DNA of 64,000 nt. Origin: Amphiscolops sp. MND2022 (Eukaryota). The notes under the pieces are model-generated. The model had not been told where the DNA came from and made no database searches. It worked only from the letters and a program-made list of their open reading frames with translations. This document shows, piece after piece, positions 26,341 through 40,900 of this stretch (position 1 is its first letter; each line of letters starts with the position of its first letter). The position numbers and the translations under genes were made by a program. The stretch covers positions 40,860,001 to 40,924,000 of the forward strand of contig OZ076409.1 in the NCBI GenBank assembly GCA_964187785.1, given 5' to 3'.

Positions 26341-27900
26341 TGTAAAGTTTCGTTTGGGTTAAGGAAACTTAGTTTTCCTGTGATTCGTACTTAGTTGTGT
26401 TTAAGAGATAGCTTGCAACTATGCCTTCCTAAACATTTCTAAAAGTTGTCTCTAAGTAGGCTCTTCCGAGTTCGTAAGAAGGACTTTGTTTGTGAGAAGA
26501 GTTTGATTGTATTTAAAAAATTTGAATTAGTTTGAGTATTATATTCAACAATGTTTGTTTTTACACAATACGCAAGAAAATAATACAAACAGAATAATAC
26601 GATCATACAAATCAAGACAAAAATCCAATCAATAATATCAGACGTGTTTAAAATTTACTAGATACATACATCAATGGGTTAGGGTAGCGATAATCAAGTA
26701 AGTTGTTTTAATAATTTTGAAAACGCAATTTCCGTGTTCTTATATGTTCAACATTTTTTAAGACGATGAGTACTGACTTGGTCTGAATTTTGTGTCTGTT
26801 GAGATTTTGTGATTGATCCTAATTTTCTCAACAATATAGTGGGATGGGCTAAGTCTGTAGACAAAAATGTGACAGATTTGTCAGAAGTTCTAGCTTATAA
26901 GATGCTGAATAGTGTAAAGGGTAAGTTGTTTTAGGACCAGCAATATCTAAGCCGGAGACAAGATTGTCTGATGTCAAGTCAAGACCTTGAAGAAGTCTTG
27001 CAAGTGTAAGTAAAATAAAGGTCTTTTTCAACCAGCGTTTCGCTACTTATTAAGTCCTGACGCGATAGCGTACTATGAAAACAGGATGAGTCTCAATCGA
27101 GAAGCTGGTTTTTTGGAGCGTGTATCTCGAGATCGAGTTTTCTATGATTGCATAGGGGAATTTTGTTGAAAAACTTTTGTTCAGTTCTTTGGACTGCGGA
27201 TTTTTTGTCATAAACCAAAAAAAAGAAAAAGGAAGAAATTTTGGTTTGTAAGTACTTGTTGTTATTATCTCAGTTAAAGAAATTAACTTACCTGAAATTT
27301 TGCAAGGGTGGAGTTTTGGGGTTTCGTTTATTTTCAGTGAGAAATTAACCGTTTCTGGCTTGGTTGAGAGGGTGAGAGATAGGTAGCAACGAATGAATGG
27401 TTTTGTCAAAGTTGGGCCTTTATATAAATCCGAAGTTACGTGCAGCCAATAACATTGATCAGTTCATTTCTTTGGGCAAGAATATATGTCGTCATGTTTT
27501 CGGTTCATACTCGGAAATGATTTCGGGACCAGGCCCGGCCGAATTCAAATCGGCGAGGATTGCATCAGCCGACGACTAACCGAATTGGCTGACCCAACTC
27601 TTTGTTTATGATCAGGGGAAATCGTCCTCTCAAATGGGGACTTTCAGTCTCGCTTGAATAGTCTTTTGTTTTCAAGTTGAAAAACTCTGACCGCACAAGT
27701 GGTGCCTATCATTCTCTCCCGAGAGACATTTACTTGCACAAGTGGCGTCGCTTATTTTCTTTTCAAAGAGAATAAAAAAGAATTATTGGCACAAAAGGCA
27801 AGCGTTTCTTTTGTAGATGTGAATCTGTTTCTTTCAAGTGACGCGCAGTTGTGAGCTTCTCTCAAGCGTGCTCCGAAAAATGGTAGAATGTGAATAAGAA
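26341..27900 (-). mobile_element. Probable 5' LTR of the decayed Gypsy element (outer boundary uncertain)
   Basis: Ends in ...TTTACA just before the PBS on the minus strand. No matching 3' LTR was found in the window. Confidence 0.45.
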
Positions 27901-28001
27901 TTCACGAAAACTGAATAAAATTATTCAAGTTCCGATGAAATAATTTTCTAATTATGTTTTCTTATATTAGACTGAGAACAAATTGTGCTAAACACAACAC
28001 A

Positions 28002-28408
28002 TGGCGCGTTAATTAAGATGAAGTGTCAGAAAAGCTCAAGCTCTTGAAGCGGAGAAATCTCAGAATATTCAAATTTAAAAACTGAAAAAACCATTTAAAA
28101 ATACTTTAACAAATTTTTTAAAACCCGGGATACACGAGGCGAAGTTATGGTGGAGAAGATTCACACAATTCATCAAAATGACGCAGAATATCGTCCTCAA
28201 CGTAATGACGACAAACCGTGAAATATTACCAAATTACAGGGACGATCTGGAACTTCGGATCAAAGATTTGTTCATCTGGGCACTGGGCGAGTCAGTGATA
28301 ACAGAAATGACGAGATTAGTTAAAGACAACAACCCAAACAGAATGGACATAAATCAACTGTTTTCGCTATTTGGGTTACACTTCATACTGATCTTATTCC
28401 TAAAATAG
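28002..28408 (+). mobile_element. Decayed LTR-element PBS and gag fragment
   Basis: CA|TGGCGCG PBS-like site, then ORF ...IKDLFIWALGESVITEMTR..., similar to QDFLWGVGPEALYQITR in the 11098 gag fragment. Confidence 0.55.
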
Positions 28409-28691
28409 AAAAGGCGCTTACCTGAACATTTTAACTACACTGTATATTGCAGGTAGTAGTGACCTTTATCTGTTGTCTTCCATTGAAAATTGAAAAGGTT
28501 GTAATGCATAAATTACTGCAGGGTCTTTTATGTTTGCAAAGCGCTAAGTAATGAAAATTCTGATTATTAAATTTCAGACGATATATATGACTACTGAATC
28601 GTTATGAGTTGGTCTGAAATTTAGTTCTCGAATGTCCAGGGCAGAAACTCGAAAAGCTGATTTTACTCATTTACTGTCCTGCTTCAACTAT

Positions 28692-29931
28692 TGTAACGGC
28701 AAGCGCTAAGCGTTTGTGACATGACGATACAGTGGAGTAACTGGTACCATGGATATGGTCGGAGACAAACACCATGATATCAGCTCACTTTGCCGTCCTG
28801 AGGATAGCCGGTCCCGAGGAGGGGGAACCGTCACTAAGGATGCTCTCGGGCCTGATACCAGTCTGTACTTGGTAGGAATCACGGCATTGTGCTTTTTCTT
28901 CTCACAATCACCGCGTAAATAGCTTGTAAAAACAACAAGGTTGTAAATAACTGAATATTTCCAGCGGGAATCTGAGTAAATGCGACAAACTAGAAAACAG
29001 TCCTCAAGCATAATATTGTTTACACAACAAAAGTACAACAATTTTAATAACGGAGTCCACTTCGGCGAAAACTGTGAATATTCGAGCGGCATAGCACCAG
29101 CGCTCGAGATGGGCACAAAACTCGGGCACGGGTACAGTCTTTGGGCTGTCTTGCTGTTTTTCGGTTCAACTCTGCAAAACACTGAGTTCAGCAAACAAAC
29201 ACTGTGGTTTTTGTTAATTTGAGCTGTTTTTTATCTTCGTCCGCAATATTCGCGCTCTCTTCCGCGGGGCGGCTACTTTTACCGTCTTGTTACACTTTCT
29301 GCTGACAGGTACTTGGCCAAATCATGCTCAATTTGCCACGTCAGATTTGAAAAACTTTTTGATCGAATTTTTTGAAAACTCTTTGTACCACAGGGTCTGG
29401 TTAAATAACTCCCGAGTAATAGGCAAGACGTCACTGTCATGCGGAGAAGCTGAAAACAACTCCACATCATCATTGCAATTCACTGGGAGTTCAAACTGAT
29501 GTTTTTGCAAGATTCCAGTGGCACTGTCAACTTTCGCTGATTGAGCAACTTTGAGGTTTTGCTTCTTGCCATCCACAGAGCCTGCATCGTCCACAAACTG
29601 TTGAAACAGAGCGAGCAAAGTAACAAGTAACAAAAAGGCACCTTGAAGTTGAAAGAGAACCGATTTGCTAGCGGGAGTTTTCTGCACCAAAATTCCATTG
29701 AATCTTGGTAGCACTTTTTGGACGTCTAAAGCCCCTTTTACGGAGCCCGTGAGATTCAAAACGCGCGTGGTTCTCATCAAAATTTTGTGAAAATTCAATT
29801 TGCGGCAAAGTAAAAGATGTTCTCGATAAAACTTCTTTTCAGCGAAAAAACCTTTGTTTAAAAGGAAGACCAGCTGTTTCTGGATACTTTTGTATTCACA
29901 GCTCGGCTTGGTTTGGGCAACACGCACTGAT
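28692..29931. repeat. Interspersed repeat, LTR-like family, copy 1
   Basis: Starts TGTAACGGCAAGCGCTAAGCG and shares long blocks with 35122-36623, through ...CAACACGCACTGATG. Confidence 0.7.
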
Positions 29932-32900
29932 GTGCAGCTCTATACCTGAACAGAGTTCAGTAGCATCTGTTAAGGAGCGCATCAAAAGCAAACTACGAAC
30001 TGCTCTTAATTAAGTATAGGCACTGGAATGAAGTAGGCAAAGATGGACAACATCCTGCAATTCAGACATATGGAGCGCGCGAGCTCCGGAATTTTTGAGT
30101 ATCAAATAGAAAATTGGAGGAAAAACGGGAAACTTTGGGAATATTTACGCAAAAACAGAATTAGCTTCTTTCGAGCGAAGCAATACATGGGTTTTTGAGT
30201 TTCTGGGTCACTTATAAAATTAACAGAAGTTTTCTAATTCAAATATTTGGAAGGAGACTACAAACAAAATGTCGCGACGTACGTTTACATGACTACTAAA
30301 GTTTCGAGATAAGATTGCAGAAACAGCTGCTCGAAAAAGAACATCATGCTGCAAAGTGTCCATTACCAAACGTAGTGATATCCTCCGGGCGTTGTTCAGT
30401 AGAATTGTGGAGTATAGGGTTGTGGTTATACTCCACTGGGGCTCCCCGGGCCTTAGTTGTCTCCCCAGGCCTTAGTCGTTGAGCATCATCCTTGATATGA
30501 GGATAGCAGGTATTAGACAGAAAATATTGCCCAACACAAAAAATGCAGAAAGATAAATTGGGTCTTGGACACAATCTAGGACAGTTGTTCGGAGGGCGGC
30601 CACGCCTCTGGCCCTTCGGTCGGTGTGACCATGGTAGTAGAAGTGTTCCGCTGCTGAGCGTGGTCGAGGACCGCGACGACGTCCATCTTAAAAAGATAAC
30701 AGCACTTTTGCCATGAGTGTTCACCAGAAGTGCGCGGTGGTCGACGACGTCTATGTCCGTCCAGCTGGTCGAGTTTTAGCTGAACCACCAGGCAACCACT
30801 TGAAACAGATTGGTGGGTCTGTCAAAAAAATCCTGCAGACCTTGTTTAGCAGAACGTGGCTCAATGGATTCTTTCTACAAATCCGGCAGCAACTTCGAAA
30901 TTGATAATGGGAACTTTGTTCCAGGGAAGTGAGACTCGCAAACCAAATCCATTGGAGTTGTCGATAGGTGGTTTTGAAGGAGGTTTGATGTTGGTGCTGG
31001 TTCAGCTTCCAAGACGGCATTGGCAGATAAAATTCTCAGTCCGCAATTTGTCGCAGAGCAAGAATTTGGAGTTGGGTGTAATTGGATTGATCAATGATGA
31101 AGTGGAGAGTAAGGTCGTTATCAGTTCATCTTTCGTATCACTTGAACAGGGGTTGCCCTCGAGCAATCCATTGTCACCAGCGTGATAACTTGGTAACGTA
31201 TCAGCAATGCCCATGGTTGTAGTGTCCAAAAACTGTGGGTCTACCCCACCCATCCTTCTGCTGCACTATGGTCTCTAGCTTTTGGTTCTGTGCGTGAAAT
31301 TTCTGCATGATGGTTTCCCGGAGACACTACATTCTCGAAGACGATACTGAACTAGGACTGGAAGCCTTTTAATCCTCTCTGTCCCGGCAACGCGCGAGTT
31401 ACCTGGCATTGAGTCTAGAATGTCAGAGACAACATTGAAACGGTTCTCCAAAGGCCTTCTACGTTCAGATATTCTAATTTCGTAGGTCGGTCATTTTCAT
31501 CTACCATTTGGGATTAATTTTCTGCTTTCAAAACTGGTTTATTGTTTGGTTGAGCTGCACTGATACCCTCTTCCCCGTTCTCTGCAAAGCTGACGTAATA
31601 TTCGGTGCTTATACGGCTTGAGACTGCACAATACCATCAAATTGGGCACCATATTGGTCAAAAAGGTTTCACACTCGGGCAAGAATTTTGTCGCTAGAGT
31701 ATGACTCCTCTCAAAATCTCAAAATTTTGGTTGAGTTGGATCCCTCAGGGTAGTTTCTGGATATTCAAAACCCTGTTCGAGCTCTCAGCGTAACGCCTAG
31801 AGATATTCTTTTTGAAAAGTTGAGTCAGAAGTGCGTCTCAGGCACTTAAAACTTACGGTTGGGACTTGATCAGAATCAAATTTCGAATTACCAGTGTAGT
31901 CAAATTTCATGATCCTTGCCGGAAATTTTTTGAACTGTAGGATTTGCCTCTTTCACACCCAGGAAGGCATACTGTGTCCCTTCAGTTGGAAAATGAAGGC
32001 CTTTGGTCTCTGCCATCCGTATAGCGGAAGTGATATGGTTCTATGTTTTGGTTTTTCTTGCGGTTTTTCGAGATTCGGGCCAAATTGCGTGTCTGAGCAC
32101 AGTCAAATTCAATTCTATCTGTCATACATGCAGGAATCTACACCGCACGTTTTGTCGGTCATGCAGGTTTGAAAAGAGGCCTCTTGAAGCTGATAAATAC
32201 CTCCAGCTATAAGCAAGAGACTTTTTCTCCGTTTTTTTGAAATTTCAACTTTTTTTGACAAGCACTCAAGTGGCTCGTACAAAGACTGGAAACATAGGAT
32301 CGGACCCAAAAATAGTCACACGGTCCCTCGTATAGCCAGGTGCACTGCAAAAAGCACCAATTGGGTCTCTTACTATTGGATGAGTTTCAGATACGGTACA
32401 AGCGTTCCGTATCACAGTGTCTCAACTGACACGATTTTTCAATGTGCAATCAAAGACTCTGGTCCACAGTGCTGAGCTCGCAAGCTCACTTTTCCAGCAC
32501 CGGTGCACCAACTGACACTGATAACAATCCTCCAAAGCAATGTAGAGTCGACGTCCTGATAAGGTGTGACGATAATTCCAAATAATATTTAAAAATGGTC
32601 CAATCCAAGGCTATCACAACTGCAAGTAACAAAATGCTATGACCCAGCCTAACAGCACACTCGACACTGGCCACAATATTCGCACGTACAGCAATGAATT
32701 CACGAAAAGGAGTTCACACGAAGAGGTTTTGAACACGTAATGCTGGGTTTTGTCCCACTTCCCTTAAGTCAGAATCACCTTAGGTCAGTGAAACCTTGAG
32801 TCAGAATCACAATATGCACGTCTCAAATGCGTCAAAATCACATCTTCTATGGGTAGTAGCGACTTCAAATTCACCCAGGCAGTTGTTACCAACCAACAAG

Positions 32901-35121
32901 CCCAAAAATCAGCTTAGAACGGAGCTACGCTTTCGCGGAGACAAGCACAAGAAGTTTACAACAAATTTTGAGTTTTATCGGAAAGTGCAAGAAAAACACA
33001 AGTGGCTTGTATTCGTCACTGAAGAGTCGGATCTGGGTACCATGCACCCACGTAGGTACTCGGAACTGAGTACCGATTTGGGTCCAGAGGCTTGTACACT
33101 GTTTTGCCTTGGTACCTACGTGTGGTACACCTATGTGTCAGTAGGAGTTAAATTGCACTCTTATCATACAATTTCTAAGCACCGGTATGAGTTAGCGGTC
33201 TGGTTTTTTCGCAAACGATGCACCATTTGACACAAGTTACGATGGTGGATGGCAATTGGTTCACACTTTTCAGCCAAGGTGTCCGAGCACCTCCAAAAAG
33301 ACATTGTCTTTTTGCACCACTTTTTGTGCGGTACGTTTTCGTCAATTTCTCCACAAATACTGCATCGATCGGCATGCAACTTATAAGACCCTGCCAGTGG
33401 GCACCCACAATGCTGGTTCAACGATCCGATGATAGTCCGAGAGCTTTCCTGGGATGACGACTGGGTACAGATACTTAGATACAGATCTTAGCAAAACAGT
33501 CTTTTTTGAATTATTTTTCACAAATTGGCTAAAAAGGTCAACACTACAAGTGTTACGACAAGTAAAATAGGGTCAACGTGTTGCCCCACGGATCACAGCA
33601 CTGCCACAAGCCCTCAATTAGCCGTGCCTGATAGGTATAAGACAATGTTGGTCCTACAGTTTTAGCTCTTTCTGATGTCAAAACGTCAGGGAACTTTTCT
33701 CGACTTTAGTTAGCGCTAGGTTTATCAAATGTTCGGCAAAAACGTCTATTTTGGTGGTAATTATGGAAATGTTACCAAATTTTAGCTAGGGTTCGGTCAA
33801 GGACCCGATCCTGTTAGACGGTCCGATTTTGTGTAACTTTGACCAAATTTAGAGCGTTTTTCCACTTTTCTCAGCACTGAATGGAAGTTTTTACATGCGG
33901 TTTTCACCACCAAACGTTTTTTCAAAATAAAAACAGCAAAAAAGAACGCGCAGGTTCCCAGGCCACGATAACATTAAGTGCCCTAGAGTTTTTAATGATG
34001 CATTCTGACACTTCTGAAACTGGTCAAAAATCGAGGTTTTTCGATCTTTTATTACTACGAAAATGTCACAAACTCTTCTAAATCCTGTTTTTGGTACTAC
34101 GGAGTGTGCCTCAAACTAACAGCATTATAGAAGAGGCAATTCCATGACTATCTGGGATTCTCCTAATAGCATTTCATGGTGGATTTTTGCCAGTTTCGCC
34201 AAAAATCGGGATTTTTTCATACAAAATGCGTCTCAAAAAAGACTCCAACGTACTTTTTAGTAATCTTCACACTATGTATCAGAAATCTAGAGGTTTCGAG
34301 CTGCTTTAAATCTGTTTTTGCAACTTCTGTGACTGAAATATAGAACGCTCGACCTCGTACCAAGAAAAACACTCAAAAAGGCTGAAAATGACGTTTTTGC
34401 TAATTTTGCACCGCAAATCGGACTCTTCTCACTGAAAACAGGAAAAAACTAGCATGAACAAACAATTCCCTATCAAAATACGCAACTCGAAGATTTTTTC
34501 ATACCATACTCCAAAAAGCTGATTCTTCTGGAATGAGGGGTGGTACATTCGCCGTCTTTTTTCTCAACACCCAGACCAGCTAGAGAGAAACGGTTTAGTC
34601 CGTCGGCAACGTCAGTACCTTTTCTACTTTTCTACCAGATTCCATCTTTCATTGACGTCTGTAGCAGGAATGGGAAAAGAGAGTCGGGAACATTCGTTTC
34701 AGCTCATCTATCGGTCAGATGGAATACGGCGCATCCATCAACTGAATACCTCGTATATGGCCGAAAACACTGAAACAAGTTGCAAAACACCAATTACGAC
34801 ATGCGTAACGGCTTTATAGCGATTCGCTAAGCCATTACGAAGCTACCCGCTGATGGGAACGTGCATTTTCAGACCATATCTGTCAACAAATACCTTTTTC
34901 AAGAACATACCACAGGTATTCCAAAAAATCCCGTGCAAGAATGGAAAAAAACCAAAATTTACATCATATCATCTAAAAGGAAAGGCGAAACTCTGATTGA
35001 ACAACTCCTGCGAGAGCCACATCGTTCTTCGCGTCAAACACCAGAGGGCTGGAAGTTTTAAAACCATAAAGGAATGCTTCCCAAGGCGATCTCTCTGTGG
35101 TCGCCAAAAAATGTGGTTCTA

Positions 35122-36623
35122 TGTAACGGCAACCGCTAAGCGTTTGTAACGTGACGATAGAGTGGAGGAGTGGAGGAACTGGTACCATGGTTATGGTCCG
35201 GGACAAACCACCATGATATCAGCTCACATTGTCCTCCTGAGGATAGAGGATTGCCGGTCCCGAGGAGGGGGAACCGTCTCTAAGGATCCCTCAAGCTTAT
35301 TATTAATTACACAACAAAAGTAAACAAATTCTAATAACCGAGTTCATAATTCTAATAACTTTTGCTGATTGGGCAACCTTGAGGTCTTGCTTCTTGCCAT
35401 CCACAGAGCTTGCATCGTCCACAAACTGCTGAAACAGAGCTAGCCCTCAAGCTAGAAAACAAGTACTAAAAAATGCACCTTGAAACTGAGCACCTCCTTA
35501 ATTCCATCATTAGAGTGCATAGGCAAGCTTTATTTGCTCAAAGCGCAACTTTGTGCTTTCATTACCTCGGATTCCATGGCCATACCTTTGACCATCAAAA
35601 TTGGCAAATTACGTCATATGTCCCGGATTCCACGGATTTCGTCGTGGATTCCAGCAACAAATGCTTAGCTGTGCGCACTGTCGGCATGCCGCTGTGTCCC
35701 GGATTCCACAAAAACGTAGGTTTTGCAAAATGAACCAGTCACATTGCAGAAATCATAAGTTTCCTGGATTCCACGACTTTGTGCTTGACGCAATTCGCGG
35801 CATCTCTTCTTGAATTAGAATCAAATGGATGACTGAACAAACATAATTTTCGTATAATAATTCGAAATGATTCAGACAAACACACCAATACTACACAAAT
35901 ATTTGTATTTTTCACTTTAGTACCAGTTTTGAACAAATTGCCAGATCATCACAATCTGCCTTTTTTAATGACGTGCTTCAATTTTGGTACCAGTCATGAG
36001 TATCTCTGTTCGTACTTTGTGACTTTTCGTGTCAATCAAAACAAGTTCCATCGATATAAAATTGATTTAATTTAAGTTCTTCTGCCTTTCCAATAATGAT
36101 CGCTCAAAAGAAGCGGACCAATCAGAGAGCAGCAGCAAACGTGTCATTATAGCAGCAGTATTGGCGTGGAATCCAGGACAAGCACTGTCGTGGAATCCAA
36201 GACACGCTTAACATCAAAGAGAAAATTGGTCCTGGATTCACGGATTTTCTCAATTTTCGTGTCCCGGATTCCACGAAAAGCAGCAAAATAGCTTGCCTGT
36301 GCACTGTAATGATACATGAATTTTAGAGAACCGATTTGTTTGCTCGAGATTTCACCAAAACTAAATTGGATCTTGGTAGCACTTTTTGAACGTCTAAAAT
36401 CTCTTTTACGGAGCCCGTGAGCTCCAAACGCACGTGGTTCTCATCGAAACTTTTTTCCACGGCAGTAAAATTTCAATTTGCGGCAAAGTTAAAAGATGTT
36501 CTCGATGAAACTTCTTTTCAGCGGAAAAACATTTGTTTAAAAGGAAGACAAGCTGTTTTTTGATCCTTTTTTGTTCACAGTTCGGCTTGCTTTGGGCAAC
36601 ACGCACTGATGGGTCTCGTTACA
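35122..36623. repeat. Interspersed repeat, LTR-like family, copy 2 (TGTAAC...GTTACA termini), interrupted by a CACTA-like element
   Basis: Homologous to 28692-29931 with an internal deletion. Inverted TGTAAC/GTTACA ends. No clean 4-6 bp TSD. Confidence 0.65.
35508..36311. mobile_element. Non-autonomous CACTA/CMC-like DNA transposon, copy 2 (internally shorter)
   Basis: Same CATTA...TAATG TIRs and GGATTCCAC subterminal repeats as 17251-18523. 2-bp TSD AT. Lacks ~470 bp of the centre. Confidence 0.8.
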
Positions 36624-37431
36624 TATTTTAAGTTTCGTTTTGATGAGTATCATGCTGGTTAGTGTATACGTTGGAGGAAAAAGATGATTTATACCTTTCA
36701 AGACGCTTCTACGAGATAATGGTACACTTACAAACCTCAATTATTTTAAAAAGCAACGGAATGATCCAATCTAAAATGCCTCTACAGGTTTGAAAACTAC
36801 TTCATGCAAAATGGTCAGAAATTGATCAAATTTCATGTTCTCAAGGAAACGAAAAATAAACTTTTAAAGAGAAATTTATTAGATATTTCTTCATTTTTGG
36901 TGGTGATCAAAAATGTTCAATTAATTTTTCATTTCAAATTTCAATTGCCTGAAATCAGTGGATTTGAATGAAATACATTTTGAAGAATGAACTCTACAGT
37001 GATCACGCATTAACTAGGTAGAAGTCATCACTATTTTTTTATTTTTCTATTCCTTAGACAAGTAAATTTCCTTTGACCCCCTCTCTTCACCCTGGAAATT
37101 ACAGTCATCATGTTTTTCAAACTTTTATTGCGATTATTTCTGCGTGAGCTGGAATATTATCGAAAAAAGTCTGTTAATTTTTTTCAGTGACATTTTTGCT
37201 GAACATTTTCAGTTCATTCTAAATAGCTAGTTAGGTGGCTATTGTTGACAGGTTAGATAGCATAATGGGAATATTTAACAACTCAGACAAGAAGCAATGA
37301 AAGTACTACCACACTCAGGTCAAAGATCTAAAAAAACACTGTGTTGACCTTTGTTACTAAAATCATGAAAGATTCAGTAAAAAAGTAGTGTACAAATACA
37401 ATTTAAAAATATTGAGGTTGAAATTAAAAAG

Positions 37432-37907
37432 AACAAGACGGGAACGTCTCAAGTCGGCGCTATATCTAAGGCTCAAAAAGCGCAAAACATTTTTTTTTGG
37501 ATAAAAACTTGAAATTTTCGAAAAAACTTTTCTTCGTCCGGGCTCAGACAAGTGCAAAATACAATTTAAAAATATTGAGGTTGAAATTAAAAAGAACAAG
37601 ACGGGAACGTCTCAAGTCGGCGCTATATCTAAGGCTCAAAAAGCGCAAAACATTTTTTTTGGAAAAAAAAACTTGAAATTTTCGAAAAAATTTTTCTTCG
37701 TCTGGGCTTGTAGGTAACGTTTAAAAAGTATAAAACCAAAGGGGGGATCCTTTGGAATAATTTACATGCGTTTCCCTGGTATTTAGTTTCCTTTAGTTGA
37801 ACGTTAACGTTCGTCGCTTCGAGTCTGTCTTAAATTAAAAAAAAAAGAAAAAAAACGAGTGACTGTAATAGTCGGGCTCTTTTCTTAAGAAAAGCGCCGA
37901 CTAAAAA
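37432..37907. mobile_element. Helentron-associated (HINE/DINE-like) short element with ~163 bp local duplication of its left end
   Basis: Left end AACAAGACGGGAACGTCTCAAGTCGGCGC (small hairpin plus subterminal IR) occurs at 37432 and 37595. Right end is the hairpin AGTCGGGCTCTTTTC-TTAA-GAAAAGCGCCGACT followed by an A-run. The same right end occurs at ~9106-9122, ~41962-41999 and ~60718-60739; a left end on the minus strand at ~59730-59790. Confidence 0.55.
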
Positions 37908-40900
37908 CGTTCGAAACGGAGATCTTTCCATTCCGTGAACTCTGCATTCGTCATCACATGCACTCAGAAGGTCGAACAAAAAAACTTGGATCTCCTATTG
38001 GTTCAGATTTGGAAGCAAACGATCCCAAAAGATTAAAGAGTTCCATGCTTGTGAGAGTTTCGCCTTGACGTCACCTAGTCAAACGTCTCGCCCTAAAAAC
38101 AGAAGGGGAAGGCAATAACTAGAATTTACTCCGTTCTGACACTGTTTTAATGCCAAAATTCAATGCCTTTGTACCGGATAAGGATGATCAAACCTTGAAA
38201 AATCCACCAAGAAACTAAAATTTGGCTTCCAAAGAGTTTCAGTCATTATGACTACGTTTTTCCTTATCAAAAGTCAATGAAACCTGACCAAATATTAGAC
38301 ACCACATGATCATATAAACTTCATTTGTAGGCTTTTAGAAGTTATCTTAGCAGGCAATGCACATGCCTCAGAGTGAACTGCATCTCCATTTTCCATGAAC
38401 AAAATTAGATGTAAAAAATTGATGAGAGTTGTGAAATTTTGTTCACTAATATTTGTCTCACCACACGAGACTGTGCTAAGGAACTCCTTCAAAATTTCTA
38501 ATGCAATGATAATCTCCAAAGGATTACTTTGCTTTAGAGTCAGGGTTGTTTGAAATTAACTTGGACAGAGAATGCTCGAAGAAACAAAATTACGCATAAA
38601 CAAATACAAGCAAATACAATCCCACGGTCATTTGCAAGGTAAAGTTGAAATTCTTTTGATTGCTTTCCCTATTTTCTGCTTAAACAGACGAGGGCATGGT
38701 TCATTGTAGCACCGAAACGGCTCCACCCAATTCCCCGCAGCTTTCTTTTTTATTAAACAATCTGTATCACTGTTAAAATTGAGGCGCATTTGAAACATTT
38801 ATTATTCAAAACGTGGCGCTAGATTGTCTAGAGTTTGCAGAGTTGCAGAAAAATCATCGCGAAACTGAAAAAAAACGTCCCAAGATTCAATATTTCATTA
38901 TATATAAATGGGACGTAGAATAACGTTACAATTTACCATGTTACTGAGATGCAAAGAATGGTTCAATTTTCATTTCTTTGATTGGTGTGGGGGGGGGGGG
39001 GGTTACAGGGTGGTTGGTATAAGATTGTTACGAATTCGGCTGGAGGGTTGGAAAAGGGCTGGCAGGTTTCGAAAAGGAAGAAGAAAAGATTCGTTCAATG
39101 TGCCTCAGGGAAAATTTAATTGAATAAGCAACCATCCTTGAAAGTGCATGACAATACTGGACATTTAAGTATAGCCAAGGTCACTTTTTAATAAATTTGG
39201 TTGTATTTGTCCGAATGTGACCGCAAAGATTCTCATGCTAATTTTAGAAAGACTTATAGCATCCGGATGTAAGAATGATCTACGTGCATCAATGTATCAT
39301 TAAAAATGAGAATAAACTTTCCAAGGAAAATATTGACAGTTGAAAATTGCAAAATATATGAACCACTTACCAATTGTAATTTTCTGACGCATATCCCAGT
39401 CACTTCGTAGGGTGCTATTATTCGATGGCATCTTTATCATTAGATTATTCGATCTTTCTCATCTCTTACACTAATAAAAATCCCAAGAGTCCATCCAATT
39501 TCCAAGGAGCTCAATTGTTTCCTTGAATGACTTGCTATCTGAACCGTTCTTTTCCTTGGTCTTCTTTCCATATATGGTTATAAAAGCTCATTTCCACCAA
39601 TCAAAATTGAATCAGCTCGCACGGATATGTGAATAAATTATCAAGTTGTATTTTTAGTTTGTTCCTAACTCGTTATATCACAATTTTCAGCAATTACCTA
39701 GAAGTTCGTGCCTGGTTTGACTGGAATCCACTTCAGACAGCTCCTTGGTATCTGCATAAACAATCCCGCCCTTACTGTCGCCTAACCACCTTGAAAGAGA
39801 ACAATTTGTCCTGAATACAACAGTTTCTGAATACCCGAACATCTCGGGAAGAACATTTAGGAAAAACTGCATAATTGATTGAGTCGGATAACGAAAAGTG
39901 CATAAACTCTTCAACTTTGCAGATGATAAAAAGGAGGCTTCATTAGCAACTGTTCTCACCAAGTGTTCCTCAATATGTATTCTTTTGTAATCTTGAAGAA
40001 AGCTTTTTTTGATGAAAACTCGTTCATTCGATTTAGTATTCAAAATTCTCAGCCTTCAAGTTTTATCTTTCGTGCAGTTTCAAGAATAGGTTTTGTAAAG
40101 ATACAAATACGGCATTAAAACGTTCAAGATTCGAATAATCTGAATGCTGTTACAGTTTCTAGTTATGTTTACATGGAAAACATACACCCCAGTATGAAAG
40201 ATCTCAGAAATATGGTTACACCAAGACAATTCGATTTGCAATAATCATTGGTTCAGCTCTAGAGAGTTCATTTTTATACCTTACCAGCAAACTTTTATAT
40301 TCGAAAAAGTTCGAACTTTTTCCACTTTTTATGCAACAGAATCAGTTGAACCAAACTGTCAAGAAGTTTGCAGAAATTGGAGTGTTCTCATTACCAATTC
40401 ATCATATTTTATCAGCGATTCTTCTGAACTTCTGTTTTTCAAAGATTCTCCTAGCAATCACGAAAAAAAAATACAATCAAGAACGATTTGATTTGTTACT
40501 TATTTCCTGTTCACGTTGACGTTTAACCCATTACTTCAAATTGCACTTTTATCTACAGGTGTTTGTGACGCAACATAATCTTCGACACATTTTCGTTTTC
40601 TCGAGTTACTCTGCTCAATATGGACGCTCAGAGAAAACCAACGAATCAGGTAAGCTGCCATTGAAAGCGCTTTCATCGACTGATTTTTGTAAGTTTTTGT
40701 AAGACTGATTCAAAAAACATGATGCACGCAGATTCCTTTGCAATGATAGTTCATTGTGAATAAGTTTATGGCAGATTATCAAGTTGACCCTCATAAAACT
40801 GCCACAAATATTATGATAAGATTATACTGCAATCATATCAATCATGGAACTAATACAACGATTTGCATTACGAATCGTTGAAGAAAAACATGTCTTCGAA

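Noticed and set aside
30344..33460. Coding remnants, including a Cys/His-rich 85-aa ORF at 33164-33421
   Set aside because: Short overlapping frames with no identifiable family motif; cannot be supported without a search.
38280..40140. Exons of a minus-strand host gene
   Set aside because: Some splice-like sites and protein-like stretches exist, but candidate exons contain in-frame stops and I cannot assemble or recognise a product.
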